Positions 49,750-59,939 are shown, counted from the first letter of the stretch. The stretch: DNA of 64,000 nucleotides from Myxococcota bacterium (GCA_039028615.1 JBCCHT010000053.1:1-64000); one strand, 5' to 3'. A program made the numbers and translations. Notes: a model not told the origin generated them from the letters alone.

Positions 49750-52074
49750 TCACCCCGCCCCAGCCACCGCCTCAATCCGAGCCGGCACACTCTTATGCCA
49801 AGGCGTCCCCGCAATCGGATCCCGATCCTCCGCCCGAGTGAGCTCATTCGTCGACAACCCCCGCGGCGCCGCCCCAGCATCCGGCCCGTCATAGTCGAGC
49901 CCATACCCATTGGGCAGCGACACATGCCCCGGCCGCATCATCTCCGTGACCTCGACCGACACCACCCCCTCCCCACGCCGCGTGGTGAGCCGAGCGAAGT
50001 CCCCCGTCGACAGCCCGAGCGCTTCGGCATCCGCTGCGCACATCCGCAGCGCCGCCCCCTTGGCCTTGGGCCGCGCCTTGGGATTCCGAACGATCGTGTT
50101 GGTCGTCTCGGAGCGCCGCTCCCCCGCCGAGAGCACGAAGGGATAGTCCGGCTCCGGCTCCGGCCGCTCGTAGGAGAGCCGAACGAGATCGGCAAAGAGC
50201 TCGGGAATGGCGAGCTGAATGCGATTGCCCGGCCGACGCAGGCGCGTCCAACCATCCTCGTAGTTCTTCATCGACGCATAGACGACCCCCGAGGGCTGAC
50301 CGAGGATGTCGTCGAAGAGCCGCTCGCCGATGGCCAGCGCGGGACCGCGGTACCCGGCCTGCTGAGCCGCTTCGGTCTCCCCTTGGGCATACAGGTGGCT
50401 CAAGGCCCACACCACGGCGCCTTCACGAAGCTCGGGCGGCAACGAGGGCCCTAGACCCCGGTAGATCAGCACGGGCAGGTAGTCGAACCAATTGGAGTGC
50501 CGCGCGAGCAGAGCACCGATGGCCGCCGCGAGGGCAGGGCGACCGAGCTTGGCCGCAGCCTGCAGGGTCTTGATGTGCCGCGGCTTGATCCCGACGAGGC
50601 GACTGACCAACCGCGAGTGAATCTCGGCCTCGGGCAAGGTGCCCGGCAGCGCGTCCATGAGCGCGGGGCGGAGCTGGAAGACGTTGTCCGGGAACTCGAG
50701 GTTGAAGAAGGTGCACTCGGTCTTCTCGAACTGACTCGCCGCCGGGAGCACGTATTCGGCACAGCGCGCGGTCTCAGTCATGGCGACGTCGATGACCACG
50801 GAGAGCTCGAGGGCGGCCATCGCCTCGCGCATCTGGGGACTGTCGGCGACGGAGTGCACCGGGTTGCCGCTCTCGATGAGCATCGCGCGGAAGCGGTCGG
50901 GGTGATCGGTGAGGATCTCCTCGGCCATCACGTTGCACGGCATCAAGCCGATGATGATCTTGGAATCGGTGACGGGGGTAGTGCGCCGCCGTCGAGGGCG
51001 ATCGGGATCGGGTCCGCCCCCGGGGCGCACGTCCCCTTTGCTCGCCCGCGCCAGCGACAAGAAGGGCACGAACGCGTTGTTGCTGCCCTTGGTCCCGAAG
51101 TGCCCGGTGAGGGTCCAGCTCAGGCGCTGCAGGTACGAGCCGAGCGTGGAGTGTCGGTTCATCTGCATGCCGAGATCTTCGAAGACCGAGGCGCTGCCGG
51201 CCTCCGCGAGCCAGCGTGCGACCTGGTGCAGCTGCGCCTCGGGGACCTCGCAGACGGCCGCACAGTGGGCGATGTCGACCTGCTCGAGGATCGGCTCCAC
51301 CAGGTCGATGCCCTGCGTGTGCTCGTCGACCCACGGCCGCTTGACCCACCCGCCCTGCACGACGGCGGCGGCAATGCCCGCCAGGCACCACGCGTCGGTG
51401 CCCGGCTTGAGCTGCAGGTGCAGGTCGGCCATGGCCGCGGTCTCGCTGACCCGCGGATCGATGACCACCATCTTGCGCTTCGGGTCCTTCTGGATCTCCT
51501 TGAGCACGATCCGCGCCCGCGCGAAGCCGTGCGACTGCCACGGGTTCTTGCCGATGAAGATCGACAGCTCCGCGTGTTCGAAGTCGCCGTGGACGCCCGC
51601 GCCGAGCATGCGGCCGTTGACCCAGAACTCACCCGTCTTCTCCTGGGCCAGCGCGTTGGACCGATACTTCACGCCCAGCGCCTTGAGCGTCGCATCACCG
51701 TAGGCCCCACCGAGATGGTTTCCCTGCCCGCCGCCGCCGTAGTAGAGGATCTTGTCGCCGCCGTACTTGGACTGGATCGCCTCGAAGCGCGTCGCGATCT
51801 CCTCGATGGCAGTGTCCCAGTCGATCTCCTCGTAGCTGCCGTCGGGACGCCGCCGCAGCGGGCTGGTGATGCGATCTTTGGCCGTCTGATAGGCGTTGAG
51901 CCGCTTCGGCTTCTCGCACAGGTAGCCCTTCGACTCGGGGTGCGCCTTGTCGCCGCGGACCCGGACCAGCTCGCGTCCGCCCTCACCCCCGAGCTGAACC
52001 TCGAGCCCGCAGTTGAGGCTGCAAAAGATGCACGCCGTCTTCTTCCACTCGCCCTCGTTCGTTCGTGCGTTCAT
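49750..52074 (-). CDS. Molybdopterin-dependent oxidoreductase (DMSO reductase superfamily)
   Basis: CIFCSLNCG..GYLCEK [4Fe-4S] motif; VIDPRVSETA; LKPGTDAW; GNPVHS; ETARCAEYVLPA. Confidence 0.93.
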   Translation of the reverse strand: MNARTNEGEWKKTACIFCSLNCGLEVQLGGEGGRELVRVRGDKAHPESKGYLCEKPKRLNAYQTAKDRITSPLRRRPDGSYEEIDWDTAIEEIATRFEAIQSKYGGDKILYYGGGGQGNHLGGAYGDATLKALGVKYRSNALAQEKTGEFWVNGRMLGAGVHGDFEHAELSIFIGKNPWQSHGFARARIVLKEIQKDPKRKMVVIDPRVSETAAMADLHLQLKPGTDAWCLAGIAAAVVQGGWVKRPWVDEHTQGIDLVEPILEQVDIAHCAAVCEVPEAQLHQVARWLAEAGSASVFEDLGMQMNRHSTLGSYLQRLSWTLTGHFGTKGSNNAFVPFLSLARASKGDVRPGGGPDPDRPRRRRTTPVTDSKIIIGLMPCNVMAEEILTDHPDRFRAMLIESGNPVHSVADSPQMREAMAALELSVVIDVAMTETARCAEYVLPAASQFEKTECTFFNLEFPDNVFQLRPALMDALPGTLPEAEIHSRLVSRLVGIKPRHIKTLQAAAKLGRPALAAAIGALLARHSNWFDYLPVLIYRGLGPSLPPELREGAVVWALSHLYAQGETEAAQQAGYRGPALAIGERLFDDILGQPSGVVYASMKNYEDGWTRLRRPGNRIQLAIPELFADLVRLSYERPEPEPDYPFVLSAGERRSETTNTIVRNPKARPKAKGAALRMCAADAEALGLSTGDFARLTTRRGEGVVSVEVTEMMRPGHVSLPNGYGLDYDGPDAGAAPRGLSTNELTRAEDRDPIAGTPWHKSVPARIEAVAGAG

Positions 52075-52078
52075 CGCC

Positions 52079-52540
52079 TCACTCCTCGTTCGCTCGCGGT
52101 GCACCCAGGCGCCACCGAAGCCGCGCCGGATCCACCGGGTTGCCATCGGCATCGGCCGCGATGACCTTGGCCACCCGCTTGCCCGTCGCCGTATCGATCG
52201 CCACCAGCGGCGCGTTTTCTTCGCCGAACACCCACTTGTCCGACCACAGCCGCATCGCCGTGAGCACCACCCACAGGTCGCGCCCCTTCTTGGTCAGCGT
52301 GTACTCGTACCGTTGCCCGGGCTCCTCGAGTCGCCGTCGCTCGAAGATGTCGAAGTCGACCAACTTGCGTAGCCGAGCCGCGAGGATGTTCTTCGAGATC
52401 CCCAGGCTCTTTTCGAACTCCGAAAATCGCTTCATGCCGAAGAAGGCATCCCGAACGATCAACAACGTCCACGTGTCGCCCATGCGCATCAGCGCCTGAG
52501 CGACTCCACAAAACGCATTGACGTCGGCCTTCTTCGCCAT
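52079..52540 (-). CDS. HxlR-family winged-helix regulator
   Basis: CGVAQAL..GDTWTLLIVRDAFFG..RFSEF..LGISKNILAARL..YEYTLTKKG. Confidence 0.93.
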   Translation of the reverse strand: MAKKADVNAFCGVAQALMRMGDTWTLLIVRDAFFGMKRFSEFEKSLGISKNILAARLRKLVDFDIFERRRLEEPGQRYEYTLTKKGRDLWVVLTAMRLWSDKWVFGEENAPLVAIDTATGKRVAKVIAADADGNPVDPARLRWRLGAPRANEE

Positions 52541-52572
52541 TCGGACAACCCCGGCCTTCGAGAGCTTAGAAC

Positions 52573-52597
52573 TACAGGTTTCAAAGTGCAACCTGTA
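52573..52597. promoter_or_regulatory. Putative HxlR operator
   Basis: TACAGGTTTCA-AAG-TGCAACCTGTA: 11-bp arms with one mismatch, just upstream of the HxlR gene. Confidence 0.6.
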
Positions 52598-52734
52598 ATT
52601 TTAGCGAGTAATTTCAAATCATTGCATGACGTCGCGGTGACGACCGCCATGCCCTTCATCCAGCGCTCGGACAACTCGGCCTGAGCCGTTGCGACGGCGT
52701 GCCCGGCGAGGCGTTCTCGCCGGGCGACGCCCGC

Positions 52735-54207
52735 TCAAGTGTTGCAGTGCGTCGAGTAGGGCCCGAAGTCGGGCGGGGCCGGCTCGGCATAACTCTCGCG
52801 CCCCGGCTGCTCTTCGAAGGGCCGCGACAGCACTTCCATCAGCTCGTTCGTCGGCCCCATGTCGCCTTCGATCGCCGCGTCGAGGGCCGCTTCGATCTTG
52901 TGGTTTCGCACGATGTAGATCGGGTTCACCCGATCCATGGCGGCCGCCGTTTGCTGCGGATCGGCGTCACCCAGTCGCGAGTGCCAGCGCTCGTTCCACG
53001 CCGCGAACTCTTCCCCCTCGAACGCCACGCCCCCGTTGACCAACGACCGACTCAGCCGACGAAACGCACTCGTGTAGTCCGTCTCGGTCCTCGTCATCCA
53101 GTCCAGCAGGTCCTGGACCAGCGGCTGGTCGCCGCCGTCGACCCCGACCAGGCCGAGCTTCTTTCGCATCCCGTCGAGCCAGCGGCCTTCCACCGTCTCG
53201 CCGAAGTGTTTCAGCGACTCCTGGGCCATGGCCACCGCCTGATCTTCGTCGACCGCGAGCAGGTTCAGCAGCGCCTCGGCCATCCGAGCCAGGTTCCAGG
53301 CCCCGATCCCCGGCTGGTTGCCGAACGCATAGCGCCCGCGATGATCGATCTGGCTGAAGACCGTGCGCGGGTTGTACTGCTCCATGAACGCACACGGCCC
53401 GTAGTCGATCGTCTCCCCGGAGAGCGTCACGTTGTCGGTGTTCATCACTCCGTGCACGAACCCGATGAGCATCCACTGCGCCACGAGCTCGGCCTGTGAA
53501 GTCCCCACGGCATTGAGCAGCGCCTTTGCTTGGTTGGGCGCATCCGCCTCGTCGGGGTAGTGACGCCGCAGCGTGTAGTCCACGAGGCGTCGCAGCTCGC
53601 TCTTTTGCTTGCGCGACGCAAAGAACTCCAGCGTGCCCACGCGGATGTGGCTCGCCGCCACCCGGGTCAGCACGCCGCCGGGGGCCACCCGCTCCCGCAC
53701 GACTCGCTCCCCGGTGGTCACCACGGCCAGCGATCGCGTGGTGGGGATCCCCAACGCATGCATCGCCTCGCTCACGATGTACTCGCGCAAGGCCGAGTCG
53801 AGCGCCGCCCGCCCGTCGCCGTTACGAGAGTACGGAGTCGTGCCCGCGCCCTTGAGCTGGATGTCGAAGCGACGTCCCTGCGGATCGACGACCTCGCCGA
53901 GCAGCACCGCCCGCCCGTCGCCGAGCTGCGGGTTGAAGTGCCCGAACTGGTGCCCCGCGTAGACCTGCGCCAGGGGCCGCGTGCCCGGCAGGAGCTCCGA
54001 GCCGGACAGCGCCGCCGCCCCGTGCTCTTGCAACCACTCCGGGTCGAGGCCCAGCTCCGTCGCGAGTTCTCGGTTGAGCAGGAGCAGCGAGGGCGCCTTG
54101 AACCCCGGCGGCTCATGGGCGGTGTACAGACCCTCCAGCTCGGAGGCGAAGGTGTGCTCGAGGACTGGTGCGTTGGCGGTACTCACGGGAGGCGCGTCCT
54201 GGGCCAC
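52735..54207 (-). CDS. selO: Protein adenylyltransferase SelO (YdiU/UPF0061)
   Basis: YAGHQFG..LGDGRA, QLKGAG.TPYSR.GDGRA, GFVHGVMNTDN, ETIDYGP; C-terminal Cys. GTG start. Confidence 0.95.
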   Translation of the reverse strand: MAQDAPPVSTANAPVLEHTFASELEGLYTAHEPPGFKAPSLLLLNRELATELGLDPEWLQEHGAAALSGSELLPGTRPLAQVYAGHQFGHFNPQLGDGRAVLLGEVVDPQGRRFDIQLKGAGTTPYSRNGDGRAALDSALREYIVSEAMHALGIPTTRSLAVVTTGERVVRERVAPGGVLTRVAASHIRVGTLEFFASRKQKSELRRLVDYTLRRHYPDEADAPNQAKALLNAVGTSQAELVAQWMLIGFVHGVMNTDNVTLSGETIDYGPCAFMEQYNPRTVFSQIDHRGRYAFGNQPGIGAWNLARMAEALLNLLAVDEDQAVAMAQESLKHFGETVEGRWLDGMRKKLGLVGVDGGDQPLVQDLLDWMTRTETDYTSAFRRLSRSLVNGGVAFEGEEFAAWNERWHSRLGDADPQQTAAAMDRVNPIYIVRNHKIEAALDAAIEGDMGPTNELMEVLSRPFEEQPGRESYAEPAPPDFGPYSTHCNT

Positions 54208-54301
54208 GGTGGGCCCGGGTGACCATACGCCGGAACGCCCCGACGTGCCCGCACCCCGACGTTCACGGGCGCTCAGGGGCCGTCCGCTCGGTACCGTGCG
54301 C

Positions 54302-55561
54302 TCAGAGGTCGCCGACGGGGAAAAAGCCCGCCTTCATCGCCGCCACCTGATCGTCCGTAAAGGGCGCCTCGCACAGCCGCTGATTTTGCTGCCGCGAGCG
54401 GAACAACGCGAAGATGAAACGCATGCGCTCGCCCAGCGCCGACCAGTCGCGCGCCCCCGTGCCCTGCGCCTCCGGCGAGCCGATGCTCAGCTTCGAAAGG
54501 ATGCCGTCGAACCATCCCTCCACGCGGTCGGTCCAGTCGAGGTTCGCCTCGCGGGTCTCGTAGGTCCCCAGCTTCACCGTCAGCGCGACCAGCTCTGGTT
54601 CCTCGAGGTGCTCCAGCTCCTCGGGCCACAGCGACTGGCCCGGCGCCGCCTCGAGATCGCGACCCAGCTGGATCGTCTCGTCCGGCAGCCGCATCGTCAT
54701 CATCAGCTCCGTCGTCAGGTTGCGGACCAGCGTCTCCAGCTCGCGTCCCATCGACCCGAGCTTGGCCTGTGCGTCCGCGGGGCTCATCCCGCGGCGCTCC
54801 ATGTTGCGCAAGAACAACGCCTCGACCGGCGCGTTCTGGGCCCCCTCGATGTAGACCTGCAGGCGGATCTGCTCGTGCAGCCCGAACTGCGAATTGCTCA
54901 GCAGGATGAGCTCGGCCCGCTTGTTGGCGTCCTGCTCGAACAGCGCGCGATAAAGGTGGGTCATCGCCGTGCGCAGCAACGACCGGCCGCCGTTCATCGA
55001 GCGTCGGACGGTGCCGTCGGCGTCGACCGTCGCCGTGTCCTCCAGGCTCGGTCCTTCGGCGATCGGCTCGAGGAACGCATCGAGGGCAGCCTGGTCGTAC
55101 TCGGTGGCCCCGCGGAACGACTGGATGAAGCGAGAGAACAGGTTGCCGAGTTCCTCGAACACGATGCGATTGCCCGTCCCCACGAAGATCGACACTCGAT
55201 CGATGATGTCGTCGATCGCATCCAGCGGATCGAAGTCCAGCGTGTCGTCGTCATCGATAGCCGCCTTGTGCTCGCGGACTCGTTTGCTCCCGTCCATCAA
55301 GCGAGGGCGGCGGGATCGCTCCTCGGGATCGTCCTGCACCAGACGACGGATGATCGCCGGAATCTCGTCCTGGCGGATGAACGCGCCCGCCTGCCGAGAA
55401 GCCCAGCACGCAAACGCCGGCCAGAACACGTTGGTCGGACCGAACAGCTCCCGCATGCCCAGCGAAAGCTCATGATAGCTGTGAGTGATCAGCAGGTTGC
55501 GCAGCGCGGGCTTGTCCTCCATCGCGGCGATCCGGCGGATGTCTTCCGGGGCTAGGGGCAT
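54302..55561 (-). CDS. Conserved hypothetical protein
   Basis: 419 aa; conserved-looking blocks LRNLLITHSY, WPAFACWASRQAG, GNRIVFEELG, GLHEQIRLQ. Confidence 0.75.
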   Translation of the reverse strand: MPLAPEDIRRIAAMEDKPALRNLLITHSYHELSLGMRELFGPTNVFWPAFACWASRQAGAFIRQDEIPAIIRRLVQDDPEERSRRPRLMDGSKRVREHKAAIDDDDTLDFDPLDAIDDIIDRVSIFVGTGNRIVFEELGNLFSRFIQSFRGATEYDQAALDAFLEPIAEGPSLEDTATVDADGTVRRSMNGGRSLLRTAMTHLYRALFEQDANKRAELILLSNSQFGLHEQIRLQVYIEGAQNAPVEALFLRNMERRGMSPADAQAKLGSMGRELETLVRNLTTELMMTMRLPDETIQLGRDLEAAPGQSLWPEELEHLEEPELVALTVKLGTYETREANLDWTDRVEGWFDGILSKLSIGSPEAQGTGARDWSALGERMRFIFALFRSRQQNQRLCEAPFTDDQVAAMKAGFFPVGDL

Positions 55562-55787
55562 GTTGTCATGATGGCAGAGATCGAACGGGCCTGCCGGCCC
55601 GAGCGCCACGAGTCGAAGACCCTCGTTGGTGCACCGCACCTCGGCTCCGTGTGCGAGGACGCCCGAGCACGAGTAGACTGCCCTCGCTCCCATGCACGCC
55701 TCGCCCTCGCAGCTCGCCGAACCGTCGACTCGGTGCCCTTCCGATGCCGAGCGGGTGTCGTCATCGGGCTCGGGTCGTCGCGTGAAC

Positions 55788-56624
55788 ATGGCTCCGCGAT
55801 GGATTGCCGGGCTGTGGGGCGTGGCCTTGGCGATGTCGGCTGGTTGTCGCCCAACGACCCCCGCGACTCCGACCCAGGCCCCCGCGCCCACGGCCACCCA
55901 CGAGGACGGGGCAATCGAAGACAGCGAGGCGAGCAACGACGAGCCCGAGCTCGAGCCGTCCGAGCCCGAGGTTTCCGTCTCCGCGGAGGCGACGGCCGTG
56001 TCCGCGCCGACCCATCGGATCGACGGAGGCCGACTCGAGTCGCACCCGCTGGCGCCTTTCGAACTCGACCGCACCGAGGTGACCGTCGGGGCCTACCGAG
56101 CGTGCGTCGAAGCGGGCGCATGCTCGGCGCCCGAGCCCACCTTCGATCGCGGCAACTACCACCGCGAAGGCCACGAAGATCATCCCGTCACGCACGTGCG
56201 AGCGGACCAAGCCGAAGAGTTCTGTGCGTGGGTCGGCAAGCGACTGCCCACCGAGTGGGAGTGGCAATGGGCCGCCCAAGGCGGGACGCGGGCGTCGCTG
56301 TATCCGTGGGGCAACGCCGAGCCCACGTGTGACCTCGCCGCGTTCGACGATCCCTCGGTCTCCGTCACCGAAAAGAGCTGCGGACGCCATGGACCGTGGC
56401 CCGTCGGAAGCCGGCCGAAGGGGGCGAATCCCGATGGCGTGCTCGACCTGGCGGGCAACGTGCGGGAGTGGACCGCCTCCCCGGGCGAGCCGGGCAAGCG
56501 GATCGTGCGAGGGGGCGGCTGGTTCATGCGAGCGTCGGCCCTCGAGGTGCGCAAGCGCGACGGGATCGACCCGACTCGAGGGAGCAACGGCGTCGGCTTC
56601 CGCTGCGCCCGCTCGGCCGAATGA
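55788..56624 (+). CDS. Formylglycine-generating enzyme (SUMF1)-family lipoprotein
   Basis: TEVT, HPV, RLPTEWEW..AA, DLAGNVREW, RGGGW, GFRCA. Confidence 0.9.
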   Translation: MAPRWIAGLWGVALAMSAGCRPTTPATPTQAPAPTATHEDGAIEDSEASNDEPELEPSEPEVSVSAEATAVSAPTHRIDGGRLESHPLAPFELDRTEVTVGAYRACVEAGACSAPEPTFDRGNYHREGHEDHPVTHVRADQAEEFCAWVGKRLPTEWEWQWAAQGGTRASLYPWGNAEPTCDLAAFDDPSVSVTEKSCGRHGPWPVGSRPKGANPDGVLDLAGNVREWTASPGEPGKRIVRGGGWFMRASALEVRKRDGIDPTRGSNGVGFRCARSAE

Positions 56625-56657
56625 GCGAGGCCACCGAATGGCTCAAAACCAGCACTC

Positions 56658-57281
56658 TCAACCCGTGACAAACCGAAACTCGAGTTCACGAAACAAACCG
56701 GCGGCGTTCTTTCGCATTCGGTCCGGCACCACTCGGATCCCGCGACCGTCCCAATGGATGCGTTGCAACTCCGCCAGTAGGAGAATCTCGAACGCCGCGG
56801 CCTTGAGCCAGTCGGTGTCGGATCGGTAGCCGCAGATCGCTAGCGCTCCCGTTCGACGCACAAACCGGTTGAGCCTCTTGCCGTGAAGATCGAGCGTCCC
56901 GCACCCGCCGAAGTGAATCACCCGTTTCGCACATTTCCCCTCAAGGCGTTCCTCAAGCCAGTCGAGGCTGACGTTGGACTCCTTCCGACGCGCATCTCCG
57001 ACATCGATGTACCCAGGCGAACCGTGAAAACCCAGATAGAGAATCGGGTATCGAGCCAAGCCACGTTGCGTCCACTTGTTGAGGTAGTGTTCGAACTCTT
57101 CGATGACGCCTACGTCTCGATGGAGGTACTCGAAGTTGAACTCGCCGTTGGCCTGGAGGAGTTGGAGAGCAGGCTCGATCGTGGTTCGATCGGTGATGTG
57201 CCACCAATCGCCCTCCAAGCAAAACACACCATGGCCTCGTTTGCGGCCACGGGAGGAAGTCGACGTCTTGGATTTGGTCAT
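56658..57281 (-). CDS. DUF6642-like protein, probable caspase/CHAT-fold
   Basis: VFCLEGDW, ILYLGFHG, IHFGGCGT, ICGY; lower GC than the flanks. Confidence 0.7.
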   Translation of the reverse strand: MTKSKTSTSSRGRKRGHGVFCLEGDWWHITDRTTIEPALQLLQANGEFNFEYLHRDVGVIEEFEHYLNKWTQRGLARYPILYLGFHGSPGYIDVGDARRKESNVSLDWLEERLEGKCAKRVIHFGGCGTLDLHGKRLNRFVRRTGALAICGYRSDTDWLKAAAFEILLLAELQRIHWDGRGIRVVPDRMRKNAAGLFRELEFRFVTG

Positions 57282-57349
57282 GGCTGCAGCCGTGGGTCGG
57301 ACCCGGCTGAGCTTACCCAAATGGCTCGAATTCGGCACCTAATAGCCAT

Positions 57350-57400
57350 TTTACACAGTTGACTAAATTTCCCTGGCACGGATTTAGACACTCGACTAAA
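57350..57400. promoter_or_regulatory. Two 18-bp imperfect palindromes, putative TetR operators
   Basis: TTTACACAGTTGACTAAA (57350-57367) and TTTAGACACTCGACTAAA (57383-57400). Confidence 0.65.
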
Positions 57401-57408
57401 TTACCTCC

Positions 57409-57969
57409 GTGGCCACCGCATTCCGAGGCCCCGACGCCGTCAAGGCGGCGCTCATCGAAGCCGCGACCGATCTCTTCGCCGGCCAAGGCGACGCGTCCAT
57501 CCGTGCCGTCGCGGCTCGGGCGGGCGTCAACCATGGCCTCGTGCACCACTACTTCGGCGGCAAGTCGGGGCTGCGTGCGGCCGTGCTCGATCGCCTGGCG
57601 AAGGGCATGCACGCGAGCCTCGACGTCCCGCCCAGTAGCGACACGGCGCAGGTCGGTCGCGCGGCGCTGCGGGTGACGGAGCAGGACCCACGCATGGTCA
57701 AGATCCTCGCTCGGGCGCTGCTCGATGGCGAGCTGCCGCAGCAGCTGCAGTCGGTCTTTCCCGTGGTGGCGCGACTTTTGGCGGCACGCTCTCCGGTCGA
57801 TCGGGGGCGCACGAAGGCGGCGATTGCCGAGGGGTTGGCGATGGCCCTGGGCGCGGTGGTGTTCGGCTCGTGGATCCGGGTGGCGCTGGGGCTGAGCGAC
57901 GCGGAGTTCGAGCAGATCCGCGACGAGGCGATCCAGCGGGGCATGGAGCGCTTGGAGGGTGAGCCGTGA
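57409..57969 (+). CDS. TetR/AcrR-family regulator
   Basis: SIRAVAARAGVNHGLVHHYFGGK. Confidence 0.92.
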   Translation: MATAFRGPDAVKAALIEAATDLFAGQGDASIRAVAARAGVNHGLVHHYFGGKSGLRAAVLDRLAKGMHASLDVPPSSDTAQVGRAALRVTEQDPRMVKILARALLDGELPQQLQSVFPVVARLLAARSPVDRGRTKAAIAEGLAMALGAVVFGSWIRVALGLSDAEFEQIRDEAIQRGMERLEGEP

Positions 57970-58769
57970 GCTACAAGGTCGTAGTTGCGCTGATCTTCGT
58001 GGCGTTCGCGTTGGTGGAGCTGGGCGCGGGCCGGCTCTTCGACATGGCTCGCACTACGAAAAAAGACATCATCGTGGAGCTGGGCTCGGGCCTGTGCCTG
58101 CCCGCGTTCGTGGTGCCGGGAGTGACGCTGGCATCGGCGGGGCTCATCGAGATGCTGGTGCCGGGGTCGGCGGGGCGCCTGAGCCATTGGCCGGTGTGGC
58201 TGATGTTCCTGACGATGCTGGTGGTCGACGATCTCGGGCAGTACCTGTGGCATCGGCTGACGCACTCGGTGCCGTGGCTGTTCGAGCTGCATCGCGCCCA
58301 CCACTCGGGCGAGTACATGTCCGTACGGGTCGTGTACCGCAACAACGTGCTCTACTACGCGTTCATGCCCAACCTGTGGGCGTCGGGCATGCTGCTGTAC
58401 CTCGGCTTCGACCAGATCTACTTCGCCTACTACATCTCCAAGATGGCGGTCATCACGTCGGCGCACTCGAGCGTCCCGTGGGACGAGCCGCTGCTGAAGA
58501 TCCGCTGGCTTCGCCCGCTGATGTGGGTGGTGGTCCGGGTCATCTCGACGCCCTCGACCCACTCGGCTCACCATGGCATGCACGCCGACGACGGCGTCAC
58601 GCACTACAAGGGCAACTACGGCAACTTCTTGTTCCTGTGGGACGTGCTGTTCGGCACGGCGAAGATCACCGGTCGTCGCCCGAAGGAGTTCGGCCTCGAG
58701 AACATCGCACCAGTGACCTGGCAGCAAGAGCTGCTGTGGCCGTGGCTCGGTCGCTCTTCGCGGTCCTGA
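57966..58769 (+). CDS. Sterol desaturase / fatty-acid hydroxylase family protein
   Basis: His boxes YLWHRLTH, LHRAHHS, HSAHH; NYG..LWDVLFGT; GTGA overlap. Confidence 0.92.
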   Translation: MSYKVVVALIFVAFALVELGAGRLFDMARTTKKDIIVELGSGLCLPAFVVPGVTLASAGLIEMLVPGSAGRLSHWPVWLMFLTMLVVDDLGQYLWHRLTHSVPWLFELHRAHHSGEYMSVRVVYRNNVLYYAFMPNLWASGMLLYLGFDQIYFAYYISKMAVITSAHSSVPWDEPLLKIRWLRPLMWVVVRVISTPSTHSAHHGMHADDGVTHYKGNYGNFLFLWDVLFGTAKITGRRPKEFGLENIAPVTWQQELLWPWLGRSSRS

Positions 58770-58868
58770 GCGGGCATCGGAGTCCACGTGGGCCCTCGCG
58801 CCGCGTGGCCCAAGATGTTCCCCGAGCCGCCAGGAATATCGCCGTGCGTCCGATGTACCCTAGCCGTC

Positions 58869-59939
58869 GTGATTCGATCGGTGTCCAAAGATGTGGGTCG
58901 GTTGGCCCTCATTTACAAGGTCATCGGCATCCTCTCCATCGTCGGCGGCATCCTCCTGGTCGTGCTGGGGTGGGCCGGGGGCTTCATCTTCGCGTGGCAA
59001 GGTGAGTTCAAAGGCGGCTTCGGGTTCGGGACCCTGCTGACGATCATCGGCGTCATCGTGGCGGTGGGCGGCCTGCCCGAGCTGCTGTTGGCGTCGGGCC
59101 TGCGGGCGCGCAAGCCGTGGGCGCGGTGGCTGGGCATCATGTTCAGCGTGATGGGCCTGCCCGTGTTTCCCATCGGCACGATCTTGGGGGCGTACGGGCT
59201 GCGGATCCTGATGTCCGACGCCTGCCTCCGCGAGTTTCGAGTGGAGCGCTCGTGGCTGGCCGACGGCAGCGCCATCGCGCTCGGCTGGATGTACCGCGAC
59301 GGCAACCGTCGTCGAAAACGCGGTGGCTCGGCCTTGTCCCAATTCTTCGCGTTCGCGTCGCTGCTGGTCTTGCTGGCGTGCCTGCTCGTGGGGCTGGCCA
59401 TGGTGAGCATGGTGATCCGCTTCGCGACCGGGGACTACGACCGCCCCTCGCCAAAGGCCGACGTCGAGTCGTCCCGCGAGCGTCCGAGGGCGCGCCGCGT
59501 GGGTCCGGCCACCGACCGGCCGGGCGCCGGGGCACAGCCGATCGTCGGCGACCCCCCGTACAACCCCGCCTATCAGCCTTCGCTCCCCGCGGTACCGCCT
59601 CCGGCCCCACACGGTGCGGAGCCACCGCGCCCGGCTCCGCCCCCCGCCGTGGCCATACCCGCCGAGCCGGCCCCTGCAGTGGAGACCGAAGCCGACCCGG
59701 TCTCCGAGATCGAAGTGGTCGCCATCGCCGGGGCCAAGGGCGCACGCGATCGCATCGCGACGCTTCGACTCGTGGACGGCACCACGAAGAACGTCCACAT
59801 GGGCGACCGCATCCGCAGCCTGGATGCCCGAGTGGTGGGCATCAACCCCACCAGCGTGCTGCTGCAGGTCAAGCAGGGCCGCGAAGCGCCGCGCGTCGTT
59901 CGACTCGAGTTCGAACGCGGTCGCGCCAAGGCCCGATGA
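58869..59939 (+). CDS. Multi-TM membrane protein with Pro-rich linker and C-terminal PilP/GspC-like beta domain
   Basis: Several hydrophobic helices (FPIGTILG motif); C-terminal IATLRLVDG..VHMGDRI..DARVVGINPTSVLL. Start uncertain. Confidence 0.7.
   Translation: MIRSVSKDVGRLALIYKVIGILSIVGGILLVVLGWAGGFIFAWQGEFKGGFGFGTLLTIIGVIVAVGGLPELLLASGLRARKPWARWLGIMFSVMGLPVFPIGTILGAYGLRILMSDACLREFRVERSWLADGSAIALGWMYRDGNRRRKRGGSALSQFFAFASLLVLLACLLVGLAMVSMVIRFATGDYDRPSPKADVESSRERPRARRVGPATDRPGAGAQPIVGDPPYNPAYQPSLPAVPPPAPHGAEPPRPAPPPAVAIPAEPAPAVETEADPVSEIEVVAIAGAKGARDRIATLRLVDGTTKNVHMGDRIRSLDARVVGINPTSVLLQVKQGREAPRVVRLEFERGRAKAR

Noticed and set aside
52735..52760. Possible selenocysteine in SelO or the Mo enzyme
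   Set aside because: SelO ends THCNT with Cys, and neither gene needs TGA read-through.
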